In this document: positions 14,401 to 29,322 of the stretch, piece after piece | How positions within the stretch are numbered: the stretch's first letter is position 1 | Layout of the letters: each line of letters begins with the position of its first letter | NCBI GenBank assembly: GCA_002633005.1 | Contig: NMRA01000718.1 | Location: forward strand, 120,021 to 184,020 | DNA length: 64,000 nt | Direction of reading: 5' to 3' | Source of the DNA: Phoronis australis | Taxonomy: Eukaryota; Animalia; Phoronida | The notes under the pieces: model-generated | What the model was told of the DNA's origin: nothing | Database searches by the model: none | The model's input: only the letters and a program-made list of their open reading frames with translations | Program-made: the position numbers and the translations under genes

Positions 14401-17400
14401 TTATTACTGAGCGTTGTTTCAAAATAAAATATTCTCACCCTAACCAATACTTATATAAAACTGAAACAAAGTTGCCTCATAAGTTGCAATTTGTAATGCC
14501 TTTGGAGTGTTTGTAAGTGCAAATGATTTGAGAAGTTAGCAATCAATAAATCACTGCATTACCGGCTTTAGGTGCAATAAAACTAATTGACGGGACACCG
14601 AGGCCATGTGAGCTCATGCTAATTTAGTGTTTGCTGGCAGAAACTGTTGTGAAACAACTTGATTTTGATCCCACGGCCAGGTGTTAGGGGAATCTTTATT
14701 TACATTTACATTACTCAAATAATGATTGTCAACGTAAAACTTTTGCACTGATGGTGCTGTGGCCAAAGCGGAATTTGTGGCCCCTGACGAGTAAGTAGAT
14801 TTGCAGTTTCGTGGCTAATTCACCAACATAATCAGGTGCACATTAGTTTGGGTCACTAGTATAGTATTTTCTTGACTGGAAGTTTAGTTTCCACTGAACT
14901 TTGGCTGGTTTATGTTCGTGATGTCTGATCAGTTTCCAAGCCACTGGCAGGGATAACGAGTCAATCCGGACGGCCACGACGGGCCTGATTGGGCTCCGAG
15001 CCACTGGCCAGGCCAACAAGCGTTTTGTGTTTAGAACTAAAAAAATTCACAAGTCTAAACAACACAGATCTAGGTTCTCCTGTCTGTATCTCATGGAAAA
15101 TACTTCGAAATTATCTCCGAACAGACCCCAAACTCCTGCTACGGACCTTTTTGGCCTGCCGAACTTTGTAGGCTACGGTGTGTCCAAATACCAATAAATC
15201 CGTAAGAGCGAAATAAAACAACACGTTTTTATAAAAACTTGGTGTATTTTTAAGGGTTTTACATCGAAGTTTGATGATTTATTGGTGTTAAACGATGACT
15301 TCAAGCGATAAGCTGACACCAGTAACCTGTGTTGTGAACTGCTGAAAAGACTGCGTGTGAAACGATGACGTCATTGGATAATTTCAACACTTCCGTCTGC
15401 CGTCAGGTGTCAGGTAACGCAACCATACGTGTCGTTATGGAGTAGAACTACTCCATCTAAATTGATACAAATTAGGTTGTTTTTTGGGTGGCATGCTCCT
15501 TTAACATTTACAAAACATTTCGCTATGCCAATGGATATTTTAAATATGAGTCATAATTAAAGGCAAGGGGAACGCTTAATCTTAATTGTTAAATGTTCCA
15601 GGAATTTCATTCCCAGCTTTACTCTTTTATACAACTCTTCCTAAAATATGGACTGTTTTAAAAACCCCTAGACCCTCACACCCAACAACCCCCTTGACCC
15701 ACGACCCAAAACCCCCACGATCCACCACAATGTCAACTCATGACACAGGGCAATAGAATCTGCGCTTTTTACAGATTTCATATTAATACCTACAAGCAAA
15801 TCTGCTCTGGCTCAAGTCTGGTGATTGAAAACAGAAAGTGTCGTAAGAGCATGATCTGAAATAGCGGGTGAGCTTACTATCGCTACAGAAAGAGTGCCAT
15901 AAGCGGCTACCAATGACACTGTTCTACTAAACTTAAGGAGAGATTATGATAACGTGAATGTACATCATTTTACATTTTTTTTAATTGCTTTGTCACATTA
16001 CTTTTTTAGTTAACGGTTTGTTTGTTTTTCAAATTGCATTTACTGACAGAAACAAAATTATTACTTATTCGTCGGCTCCTCGCACTCTACCAAAAAGTCC
16101 GAATCTGCCATTCACTGAAGAGATGATTACACTATGCCAGGAACAACATTTTGTAATGTTGGTAGGTCTTTGATTTGATTGCGTTTTTGTTTGTTTTTGC
16201 CGTTCAAACTTGCCAAATGACTCTCTAAACTGCAAAAAAAAACTTACCCGTTTCAACTCTTTTGACTTTAGTTGGGGTTGAACTGTTTCCAATAACTGTT
16301 TCTTCCATTTTAGCGAAAACAATTTCACACTCAGTTCCACTTTCCTCAAAACGCACTTTGTCGTCTTTCTTGAGGTACGCTTGCTCTATGACAAAGTTAG
16401 CCACCTTTGAGTAATTTTCCCAAGAATCTAAAAGTTGAACGATATCGTGTAATAGCACCACAAGAATACAAAACATTTGTGACTGAAGACTAAATCTCGA
16501 TACTTAGAACATGTATATTACCCAAACGAAAACTGATATTTACAGTTGACTTTTGGGATAATATGTAACCAGCACCTTCGGCAGCAGTCACTGTCAATGT
16601 GACTGTTTCCTGCAATTTGTAATTTGTAATGTGGAAGATGTTTCAAATTCCTCTAAGTTTACCGAAACCTCTAAAAAGAATGCAGTTCGCTTGCATTTAC
16701 TTGTCCCTGTGTGCAAATGGCAATGTCCTGCACATATTATTGCATGTCATTGACTTCAGGTAATCCACTACAAGAGGAAAACTTGCCTACCATCATCTTG
16801 GAATGTCCATTGTACGTGAGTTTGCAGCACTTCAGCCTGATCTTCTAACATGAGTCGCTGGTTTACAGAGTGCAATATCGACACAATGTCGCTCTTTGCT
16901 ATCAAAACTTTATCATTCCTTCCACGTATACGAATACGGTTGATCCTCTGCCTTTTCTCTACCTCTATCCAAACATTATGTTTGTGTTTGAGGGATTCTA
17001 TAGCCTTTATCTGTAAGCAAGTTAACAAAAAAGTTTGAATTATTAAGGAGGCGCAGCATAAATCAAATCTAATATCCTTATATAATTAAGCTCTTTAAAT
17101 GACATGGTATTTAAGACATAAATGGTGATTTTCTTACACATTATGCAGTAAGTCTGAAAAAGTTTATCTGATTAGAAGTACACATTTTTAAAATGTCAGA
17201 CCAAATTTACCTTTCAGTTGAAACTTAATGTTCAGAAGATTTTGAGTCCATTACTGTTCCCTATATATGGACAAGTTAATCCCGCTTCAAGTAACTGTGA
17301 ACTGTCTAATGATCTTAAATTCTGTTGTCTGTAACCCCTGTTCTGAAAGTAATTTCCTAAAAAATCTATTATTAATAATAATTGTTATTTCGTTGTCTTC

Positions 17401-20400
17401 AATTTTTTCACAAGATTTTTACTTTGAACAGAGTTTTTAAAAAATAATATTGTTCCCCCAATCATATTTGGTCTTTTGTTAACATGTTGATAATGGCATT
17501 TGCGAGGGAACCGTGACTCAGACTTTCATCAGGTTGCATTTTAATTATCCACTTTTTAGAGCATAAATAATTGCTAGATTACAAGTCTGAGCTTATCAGA
17601 TGAAGGAAAACAATAAGAGAGCTGGACTTAAGTAAAGATTGGTTTGCCAGTGTCAAACTGATAAGGACATGGCTGTATCCAGACTGGCCGACCAGTCAAT
17701 CCGGATACTCATTTCAATGCGCGGATAGTAACGGGTTGGTCACAGCAGTTGACCCATCTGAAAATCAACGCTAGATTCCTATTGGATAAATTTCATGAAA
17801 ATCTGTCCAGAGACACAGAAGAAACAGAGGCAAAATGTAAACTAAGAAAATTGCTACTAGGGCATACAGCTGCAACGGACTTGGAGTTACAGCTGCTGAT
17901 GCCTGGACAGTGAAGGTGGCAATATGTAAACTATATACATGAGGCAGCATTAAAACACATGCGGAGCGATCTGTCTGTGCCCGCTTCTGAATCATTAAAA
18001 AATCCTATGTGGCACATATGTGTTATACAATGAACAATGTTTGTACCAGTGTATTTATTGTTAAACTTCCATTCATCATGTGCACATTAATGCAGGGCTC
18101 GAAATAACGAGCTGCAGGTCGCACTTGCAACCTGAAATTTGGAAATGCTCGCATTAAGTCGCAAAATGCGACCTGGAATTTCCAACCTATGCGAGCTGAG
18201 TTTTTAAACTTTACGGCAGATACCTGGGATATGTTGAGCAACTCGGGTGATTCCGACCGTTATTTGGTTGTTGCCAAATCAAGTTCAAAGAGAAAAGCGC
18301 TCCCGATGACTTGTGAACATTTTGCATGAACAAGGGAATGCAGAATTGGTCTTTGACGCATTTTATTGACCAATACTTTCGGCTTTTTGCAAATTTCCAG
18401 ATGTGCCGAAGAAAGTTTCGGACCTCGGAATAAAACGTGATAGTACGTCACAAAGCAGCGGTGTTTCTACTAATTCTTAAACGACGAAATTACCGAGCTT
18501 AGTGGTGGAAAAACATTTATTTTCCATGTAAGGTGCCCTTAATATCAAATTACGGCAACACCCACGGCAATATGCCTGATTGTACTGCGACACTGGTCCG
18601 TTCCACTGTTAGCGCAGGAAAGCGGTCCCGGCAGACGATCATCGTGACTTGGAAAAATGCGTCTAGTTTTTTTTACGACGGGCATGCCTTTACGCGCTTT
18701 CGGCAGAATAGTAGAAACCCGCACCTGCGGAAATCATTTCGAGGCTTTTTATTTCATGGAAAACTAATTGACTACATACCGATAAACAGCATAAGTCCCA
18801 CATTTTTTGTTGTGAAATTTTCAGTGAATTGTTTCCGCGTATCAATATGTCATTCAGCGAGTAGGCAACGTTTCAAGAATTTCTTCCGACAGGATGTTTT
18901 TTTCAAACGCCAAGTAGAAAAGTTTGGCCTGCGAACAAATGGAAGGAATTTGCACCCAGAGTTATTAATCTTTGGATCTTTAACGACTTTGATGACAGTC
19001 ATATCGCAAGTCAGTCCTAGAAAAGTCGTGGATACTTTTTCAACGAGTATTTTCGTCTTTTTCACGTTGCACACTTAGCTAATCAAATGCATGTCTCGGT
19101 TAGAGAGCACTGATTTAAGTTTCACGTCGGCAACTGCCTTGCGCTCCAGGGTCTTTCACTGGTTGGCGCCAGTGAAGAATGGTAACCGGTGTATGCATGA
19201 TATGCTTGTAAGAACTCAGTTTTGCGACATGAAATTTGTAAGTATTTAACGTTGCAAGAGCATAATCTAGGCATTTTCTGATGATGTAAAAAGCCAATTT
19301 TGGTCCGTAAAGATGGCGGGAAATTTTCGCCACCTGGAATTTATGAACGCGAGCTGGATTTTGAAAATGCGACCTAGGATTTTGGCTTGGTCGCAAGATG
19401 CGACCTGGCGATTTTCATAGCGTCGAGCCCTGTAATGCATTTGAACTTTGGCTTCAACTTAATTTATATACCTACAAGGCATGCATCTCAATCTAATCAC
19501 CCACTGGTACAAACAAGAACACCCCATAGCTTATACAACTCATTTTATGACTATTACTGTAACAGCTTTTAATTAAAATTTGTCTTACATCTGTGTCAGT
19601 CAGCTGGCATATGGGGGCATATTCCTCACTGTCATTGGCATCCATTACTTCGTCCCTGGCTTCTTCTTTGCAACACTGTTTGATATCAGAAATTGCTTTT
19701 TCGATGGCCTGCATGTCTTCTCCAAATATTCGTAAATGCAGCTCATTCATCTGCGGTACACTGTACTTTTGATTGTCATCACCAGACTTTCCAGTAAAAA
19801 GACCAACAAAGCCGTCAACAGCCCCTATACAAAAGCAAGCATGCAAGTGTATTGGGCCAGAAAACAAAATGAACTTAACTGTTTGGCAGATCGTTACCTG
19901 AGTCATTTTGAAAAATGCGGGTCGGTGCTAGCAACAGGCAGTGCTGTGTAAATTAAGCCCAATTCCAACTTATTTCAGCTAGTTTCTGCTGATAAGGGAT
20001 CCCACCCCAGCTGACATCATGTAACACTGGACCATAAAAGGGTCCAGACTCATTTCAAGTGGTGGCACGGTCTTTTTAAACTGAAGCAAGGACGACTGAT
20101 TGAATACCACATCACCAACCAAATCAGTTTTTGAAGAAAAAAAGAAGTCCAGAAGCAATAAGGTCATTTTTAGCCTTACACATAAATAAACAAAGTCATA
20201 TAGTTTTAACATGTTTTATAATTGTAGTCGACATTCAAGACTTAAAAAGAAATTGAGTTTGATAATCGACCTCAGGAATCAAAAGGCAATATCAGAGAAC
20301 AATCTGAAATAAATGAGGAACTGAATTGAATTCCTTCACTACTTTCAATCACTATTTGCAATTAATGCAAACAATGTCAAACCAAAAGTTGAACAGAATA

Positions 20401-23400
20401 AGCTTAAACAAGCTCAATTAAGACAGCTGTCCAGCATTGAACTTAATTAGTATATTAACCACTATCCTGCTCTAGAGGAGGTCATTGGCTTACCAATTAT
20501 CCTATACAAGGTGATGGGTGTATTCAATCCCATAAGATAAGCTGCAGCTGTGAGTGGTAGATGACTACATTCACCCCAGGACACTTGTGGTTTTCATTCA
20601 GAAATTTTGAGAGCCCCATATGTTGTTTAGATATGTGAACACTTGCATTCCACAGTTCAGTTTCCTCTAAATTTCTCAGATTTAAACCACATGGCTATGA
20701 TAACTAATTTGGGAGACATACTAGGCAGTTTTATGTAAGTGATATGACACATAGTTTGGTTATGGCTGTGGATCAGTTTATTTTCACTTTAAGGATATGA
20801 TGAAGATTCTGAACAACTTTCATGCTGGACTATTTTCCAATGAAACTGACATTTCCTCTTCAAATTTCTAATGAAAATGTTGGGTCATTAGTCTGGATGA
20901 CCTTCATAAATGCTCAGTGCACAGCAGTAAGTGATAACCTACTTAGCTCAGCACAGAGGAACCATAGTCTGAATAGAGACTCAGCAGGATAAGGGTTAAG
21001 GTGTACAATTGTGATACTTACGCTTCATTAGACCCTTCCTCCCACTTTTTTCAAGCATTTCATGCATCATTGTACGGTAAGATTTCACCAAATGCTGTTG
21101 GAAAATCACAATGTTTATGGAGCGTAACTGATCCAGTTGTGGGGCTGAACTCCCAATAGCATCGAAGAGTTGGCGGGCATGGTCATTGATCTTTTGTGGT
21201 GACGCAGCTAGAACAGAACAATTTTGAGACAAATCATTAGACACAGAAACATGGCCTCAGGTACTGTTCGAACACGTGAAAGTCAAAAGTCTACATCATA
21301 CAAGCCAAGCAGCACAGGCGTATACGGTCAGGCAGTTATTGATTTGACAAACCCTTTCTTGCTGCATCCAAACATGTTTTGCAGTGTACAACTAAACCTC
21401 ATTTGCGACATGAAAGTCTTGACATTTTGTTATTTTAAGTCACAAAAGCTGCTTCAATGAAAAGTTATGTACTTGACATCAGCATGCTATGAACATTCCC
21501 ACTAAATAAAATTGGTTCTAACCCCAGTGGTTAAGGTAAACGGCGGGGTATGGAAAATTGAACTAGACCGTATTGATCCACCTTGGCTGAGTCGCACTCG
21601 GCTCACGATGAAAGGGATGCCGCCAGGCTGCTCTAGTCATCGAGTCACGAGCGAGGATAATTGGCTTCGCTCATGCGGATATGATCAGCTGATTACAATC
21701 TAGCTAGAAGACTGTACTTTTTATGGTGAGAGTTTTACGTAGTTTTTACTGTAATATTTGAAAAGAGGAGCGAAAACAAATATGAGTACAACTTTGAATT
21801 TTTCAAATCGGCCCAGGATAAGAGATTTTGCAACACAGCAACACTCACGATTACTTTCATTCGGCGCGCACTAATACAAAAATATAGGACCCAAGTTATT
21901 TAGATTTTGGAACACATGCATTGCAATATTCAAAATACTTTTATTATGAATCTTACAAGCTGTAAAACGACGTTGTTAATTTCATTGTGTTCATTCATTG
22001 TCATCCGTCAAATCGGCAATTTCCGAGATGTGATCTGCGGCGTGCGCGTATGTGTACAAAACACGTGATTGTTATGTTCCTGAAGTACGAAAATTAAGAA
22101 GGCTTTAACATGCCGTTATTATTGACAGGGACACGATAAAACGAATTTGGATTTTGACTATAGTCTTGATACAGCGATCTGACTGACCACTGCGTCAGTG
22201 TCTCCGTTAGACCCAGAAATTTCACACAGCCCGGGTAGTTCATTTCGTCCCCAACATGTAGATCGAGCCTTGGACTATTAATACTCCACGGCAGAGCTAA
22301 CGACAGTCGGCCTGTGCACACAAAATCTGTGAGTTAACCAGCACTCACCTTGCACGTTACAGCCGTTTAAGTGAAAAACAATCTAGTAAACGCCATTTTC
22401 TTGCATAATCCTCCGCCTTTTGTAACAAAAAAGTCTATCGTCGATGACCCGCACACGCACGCTCACTCACTCTCATACACAGACGACCTTCAAAACAAAC
22501 GTCACGTGACAACAACATGTGTGTTCATCCAGAGATTTTTCTCTTGTTGTGGAGTACGATGTAGCGCACATTTGGACTTAATCGCAATTAATCTGGACTC
22601 CACATGAACTTTAAAAATTGTAAAACATCAGGAAGATTTCAGGTAATTTGTTGAGTCGAAACTATATTTTTATTCAAGAGTACAAGTTTTCCTATTGACG
22701 ATGGCGATTCAGCGGCGACGCATCAGTCGGCAAGTTTTCGCCCTGTGATGAGCACAATTTTTTGAAAAATTATCGTAATTTAACAACGGAAGTTCATAGC
22801 AATGCACCACAATTTTGTAGAAAGACTGTAATAGGCTAAAAATTCGTCACAAAGCGTAAATTTTATGAATTCTAGCTTCCGATTTTACCAGTTTGAGAAA
22901 CCGGCTTTCAACTGCCGTAGGCTACAATAAGAATCCCCTCCCCGTGAAATGATTTTTTCTAAGCGTTTATTAGAGCCAATACATTATACAGCTTTCCACC
23001 AAGGCTAGGTGATACTATGATATTATTCTTTGTTGCATTAGTAACTGGTCTTGGCTAATATTATCATTTTATGGCCTGGTCATCCATTCAGCCAAAAGTA
23101 GTTCCAGAGGTGGCTTATCAGCCAATTATTCACGCATGCTGACTCACAATAGAAGCCTGATAAGAGTGAAGGTGGATAAATGCGGTGTTCCTAGTTTCTT
23201 GTTTTAGTGGATGTGTTCACGACATGAGGTTTTTCAATTGACGCAACTACATTTTCAATTGAAATTTTGTACCGAATAGCTGACTAATGTTTCAAAGGGT
23301 TGGCTAATTAATACAACCCAACGTTAAAAAAGCTTTCGTAAAATTGGCGAGAGAGTTATTTTGCTATAAAATTGTACCTTTTCCTGCACATGAAAATTTG

Positions 23401-26400
23401 ACTTAAAAAACATGGTCACGAATAAAGACACCACAGTACGATACATCGAATCCTTGATTCTTCTCCTTTCAGAAAATATATACTTTTAATGGTTCACAAA
23501 GTATAGTTTTTCGATATTCGAGAGTTGAGGTTGTTTATTAAGGTCCTAGGTTGATTCAAAAATCCTCAATTTCTGTAGTCACAAATTTTTCTTTGGAATG
23601 CATGACTGCTCCTGAAGTCATCAGTGCAGATAAATTCAAATCCCATAGAAGGCGTACATTAAGCTGACAGTCACTTAATTGATTTCTTTTCTACCAAAGT
23701 GTCAATAAAAAGTATAGGAACAGTTTATCACAACTCATCTTTTATTTCGTTACTTTATGATTCCTTTCATGATATATACGTGGCTTTTCCAATTCATCAA
23801 GATAAATAGAACCGAATGACAAAGATTTAAGCAAGTTAAGCAAAATTATGCATTGACACATGCAATGGCCTTATCTTAGCAGAACCTCTTACAGACTGAC
23901 CTTTTTACCGATAGTGAGAGACGTCGTATTCACAAAGGATTGTGGGATAGCATTCATCATGAGCAGTGTCACCAGCAGAATATCATTATGTGGAGATTAT
24001 ACTTCTTGTTAGTGCACTGTAGTATTTTTGAATCTAAATATTGTACTATGCACTTAGTAAAGTGAACTTCTGACACCTTCAATTGCAGTGCTCCAGATAC
24101 AGATTGTATGTGTACGTCTGCTGAAGGTGCTACTTAAGGTGGTCACTATCTCACCATCCATAACAAGGTCAGTGAGTTCTGACAAGGTATATAACATGTC
24201 GCTCAATGTGGCCAATATTTCTTAATTAAAACATAAAGAGCTATTTTCAAACAACTTCAGAAAAATTAGACGGGTTCAGCTTTCAAAGAAGATTTTTGAA
24301 AGTTGTGGATGTTTGTTGCCAAAAATCGAAAAGATTTTTCACATTCAACACCACTGACAGCTCTTAACACAAAATGCATTAAAAGCTGCTAACAAAACGA
24401 GTTTACACAAAGTTATGAATTAATAAAAAATAATGAAAGTTACAGCGCCATACCTGTACCAATAGCTGGCATACTCAGAGAGGTAATGCCATGTAAATTG
24501 GCAGCCTGTAGCACGTTCTTAACTGCTTCTGAGGTTGTTTTATCCTGAACGTCAACATGAACAATGTGCTGACAAGATAAACTACCAGCATCAGTGATTG
24601 CACATCCATCTTTGGACAACCCTAGAACAAAGAGCATTTGATTGGACACAATGCTTTCCTTAGAAAGGAATTTGTGGCAAATGTTTGAATATTGTTGATA
24701 CAACAATAAGGTTAAATGTTAACCCGTCTTAAATATTGTAGTGATTAATGCTTTCTTTGCATCCATATTGGAACTTGGAAAAGACTTAAATCTGAATAAG
24801 GAACAAGAAAGTTTATTACTCTGGTAACTCATGTACTTGATCACTGAACATAAATATAAAAAACTAGATTCAAACCTGTGTATGCTTCACAAGGTGTGAG
24901 TATACAAATAAAACATAGCAATTGTACTTAATGCTTAGACATACTAAGTACTTAACTATCATCAGGGTCACATCACTGTCAAAAGGAATGCCTATTTCCA
25001 TAAACTACCATCAAAGAAGTACAGGAAAACACTTTTCATTATCGGTAAACATTGTTTGTACAAATAAATCTCACATAACACAGAGGTCAGTGAGGGGCTA
25101 CGGAGAATAAAAAATGCGAACTCAAGGTAACTATTTGTGGGAAGAAAAATACTGGAGCAATGCAACAGAATTCATTTACTTGTCAATACTACTACTTCTG
25201 AATTACAAAAAACAGTTGTATTGAGAAAAAGGGAGATAATACCGTCTTAATTTTCTTCACACTTGTGCAAATACAAAAATATAACATAACCGAAATCAGA
25301 ATTTTATCCTAGGACATACTCAGCTCTTAACTATCATCAGAGTCACATCACCAGCAATGGGATGCCTATTTCCATCAACTACCCTCAAAGAAATACACGA
25401 AAGCATTTTTCATCATCAAGAAACATTGAATGCATAAATCTCACATAACACAGAGGCCATGGAGGGGGCTATGGAGAATATGAAATATGCAGATACCTGT
25501 TTATAAGTGGATGAACAATTGAGCAATGCAATAGAATCCATTTACTTGTCAATACCAACACTTCTGAATGACCAATAAACATTCCTGTTTTACTAATAAT
25601 GAGTTTAAACTGAAAAAGTAATTTTAGCTAAACTTGCCTCAAATCCCACCCATAAATAACTTTTTTTAATTGTTCTTGTCTTGGATAGTTTATTTGTTGT
25701 TGTTTCCTCAGTACATGCACCTAGATACAAGTTTTTTCAAACCATGTACTAACAATTTAAAGTTGGGGGCTACGGAGAATACAGGGGCTACGGAGAATAC
25801 GGAAGACATTTTTGCTTATGATCAATTCAAATCCAGGGCTTGGTCTAATATTTTTGTGGGCCAAAAATAGCTTCAAGATTCTCAATATGCAGTATCAAAC
25901 ATCTTTTATTTGTGGAAGAATTTAATGGAATTCAGACAGGGCTACGGAGAATTCACAGTTTTTCTTAGGTGATTGTGATATTTGGTTGAGGAATGCAATC
26001 AATAGGACATCTGGTACAAATATGTGTTTTCTAAATCAAATTCTATATACCATCAACCATTAAAAACGCAGTTCAAACCACTAGTAATACTTTTCATTTT
26101 CAGCCATGGCTATAAGAGAAGAAACGCATGCAAATTTACGTGTTTTGCATAACATTGACATCATTTTGCAAGTGTGCCTGAAAATTGTGTCTGACTTTTC
26201 AGACCCCTGCAATTTCCTGAAGAAAAACAAGAAATACATGTGAGGATCATGAAAAACATTAAATTTCAATGAAATGTGTGATTTAATTAAATGCCATGTG
26301 TATTAAAAACATGGAATGTTTCAGTGAAACAAAATAACGATGGATTTCTGTGTATTTTCAGCTATATCAAGGATTACTCTGGCCATAATTAACATTTTTT

Positions 26401-29290
26401 CACACTGCTTAAAGGTCATAAGTATCGGTGCTAAAACAAGATCATCATACAAATATCTGCCAAAGGTGAAGGAATTCTGTCAATATGATTGCATAACATA
26501 AAAAATCTAATTTTGAACCCTGAGTGAAAAAATGCAGTTAATGACCAACGCAGTGCTATTAAAGCTGTTACAGTTAGATGACCACTCTTATGCAAGAGTG
26601 CAAAGCAAAATCTTGAGTGGGGGGCACATCAAGCAAGTTATGATGTGATGTAACGCAAGGCGAACTTTATTGGATGAGTATATTTATTGTAATCTAAAAT
26701 CAATGACCAAATGTGGTGTCCCCGTTGATTACATTTTGGTACCCAGATCTAGTGAACAACTGTTAAGATGATGAACTGGTTAAACTAAACCCTGTGTCTG
26801 AAAATATTACTTGCATGCTCAATGAGAACAACTGGGTGTCACTCAATAGTCATACGGCGCAAATTAAGTTCCATCAAATGCAGCTCAAACTCAGGAGGTA
26901 TTTTTGAAAAGCCCACAAGCTCGAAGGTTCTGAAGTCCAACCAAGAGACATTTTAAGCCCGCATGATGTTCACGATCAAGTTCCAAGAAAAACTAAAGGT
27001 GTGTGCCGCAGCAGTCAGAAATTATAAGCCCACATGGCCATCAATCATCTGAGGTGAAAACTGCTTGAGACTTCGAGAGGGGTAAGAACCAATTCCATCC
27101 TCAGACACCTACTTTCATCAGCAATGCCTCAGGTAGCCAATGAAACAAATGCTTTTCAGAACTAATTGTAATCTTAAGGGGATTTTTTTTGGGTTTGATG
27201 AGGGAGCATGACATGAATATTTTTTATAGTGGAATGGGGGATATGTTTGGCCATGTGGGTCCTGGTCCAAGTCTACAAGTCCAAACGTTCACAAGTAGTG
27301 TAAAAATTCATTACCAACAAGAGCATCGAAACCACCACCAACTCATTAAAAGAAAATAACTCGGAACTAATGGGATTGGCCAACCATGAAATTGTGGTAA
27401 TATGGCACAATTGGGGCAAGTGAGGATTGCTGGAGAATTTAATTGGTAACGAAACAGGAGAGTGCAGCGCCTCATTCAATTTCCGTTTTTGAGCCAGCTA
27501 ATCGGGGGTGAAGTACAGCTTTTGTTTCAGAATGGCTGTCACTTAATCGACACCTGCATAGAACATTGTACGATTTATATTCAGTGACCAAAACAAAGAA
27601 ACTGTTCTTTACCGGAGTGGAACTCTCTATTGTGTTGGCAGGGAATGTGGTAATTGAAACCTGCACTTCAGTTCACAAATTTCATTGGATTTTGGCTTAA
27701 ATTTTCACTAGCACTAGGTCCCTCAAGAGTCTGCACGAGAAACACGATGAACTATATACACCGCCCCTTATAAGTATGACCTAATCTAAAGATGCAATGA
27801 CATTTATATGGAAAACCTGTCTTGTATAAAAGCGATCCTATATTCAACACCTAATATTCAATGGAATTTATTACAAAAAACAAGAAAAGACTTCAGGAGC
27901 TCATTGAGAATTAAGCCAACAGAAAACTGGCAAATTTAAAATAGGTGCATGTACATGAACGCAGTGCCTGTGACTTGAGTTATCGCTTTAATAGGTAAGA
28001 CTTCAAGATGAAATGCGAGTGTGGTAATACTTCTAAACTCAACATTCAGAATTAAACAACAGCAAATTGTAATTTAGTTACCTATTCTCTTACACTCTCT
28101 TGCAATCTTCTGACCACCAGCTTTCAAAATGGCACGAGATACCTCACCTGAAACAAAACAAGTAACAGACTAATGGATGCTTCTTACATCAGTGCCCAAG
28201 AGTCCTTTTGTTGCCAATCTTGAAGTACAACAAAAGACGTCAACACGCCTACCAATGCATTGCAACAGTAACAACTTCAAGCACCCTGCTCAACAGTTTC
28301 ACATCAATATATGCCGTGAATAATTTGTCTACAAAGAAAACATGCACTTCTAAAGATATACCAGAAATTTCACTGTTAATTCTTCAGCATAAACCAATAA
28401 TTTTCATTAAAAAATCAACACAGTATGGTTTTTGATTTATAAAAAACAAGTAGTCAAAGCTTAAAACTACAAATATTGGTTACGGAATGGAGATATACAA
28501 CTGGAGGATTTACAAAAACATCACTAACAATGAATGTGGTTTACACTTTCAGTATACACCTTAATTACATTACAATTGCAAATAGAAACAAAACACAGTG
28601 ACCGAATAAAATGTCAATAGCTTTTTGCAAGCGCCGATCACCAAGTCGCGTCAAACTACTTTATTCGAGGTGTAGCACACTAACTGGAAAACTGTAATAT
28701 TCGGTAAAGAAAAATGTGTTGTGAAGATCAAATATTGCTAGCTTCAAACTCTTATGAGAAAATTCAAGAAATAGATGAGGTGGGTCGGTGGGCGAGAGGT
28801 GAATTTTAAGTTTCACCGACGATCAAAATTTTGGTCATGATAATTCCATACATTAAAGGAACATATTTGTCACTTCTCATGAGCATACATATAAGGCAGC
28901 ATATGCCAGATGGAAGGACGAATGGATGGACAGAGATCAAAGCCTAATGGGCCTACATATAAATAAGAGGGAGTAAAAAATGTGAAGTTGCTATTTATTC
29001 AGGCAAGTCACAACTTACCCGAATTTAAGTCCAAGCGACTGTTAGAAGGATTGACAATTGCTTCTGTTGTTTGCCTTGTTATGTCTCCTTGAAAAACCCG
29101 CACCAATATATCCCCAATTTTTGCATAATCCTTATCCGTGGAGTTACCCGGTTTACTGGACAACATAACACCTGAAAATCAGCAGAACAACAACAAGCCT
29201 TAGTTTAAAGGAGAATAAATTGGCGCCTTGTGTTGTTTACTTCAGTAACTCTCATTGAGTGTTTTACTTCAGATAAAAACGATATATACG

Positions 29291-29322
<32 letters not shown>

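Noticed and set aside
16787-16791. Alternative GC donor (AG|gcaagt) for exon 16791-17010
   Set aside because: It would give phase 2 and break the frame with the WWE exon. The GT donor at 16790 fits.
18533-19078. 181-aa ORF inside the hAT5-like element
   Set aside because: No recognisable transposase motifs, and not preserved in the second copy.
27273-27666. Possible LINE endonuclease remnant (SETK- and GGG-like words on the minus strand)
   Set aside because: Motif matches are too short and their spacing is unconvincing without a profile search.
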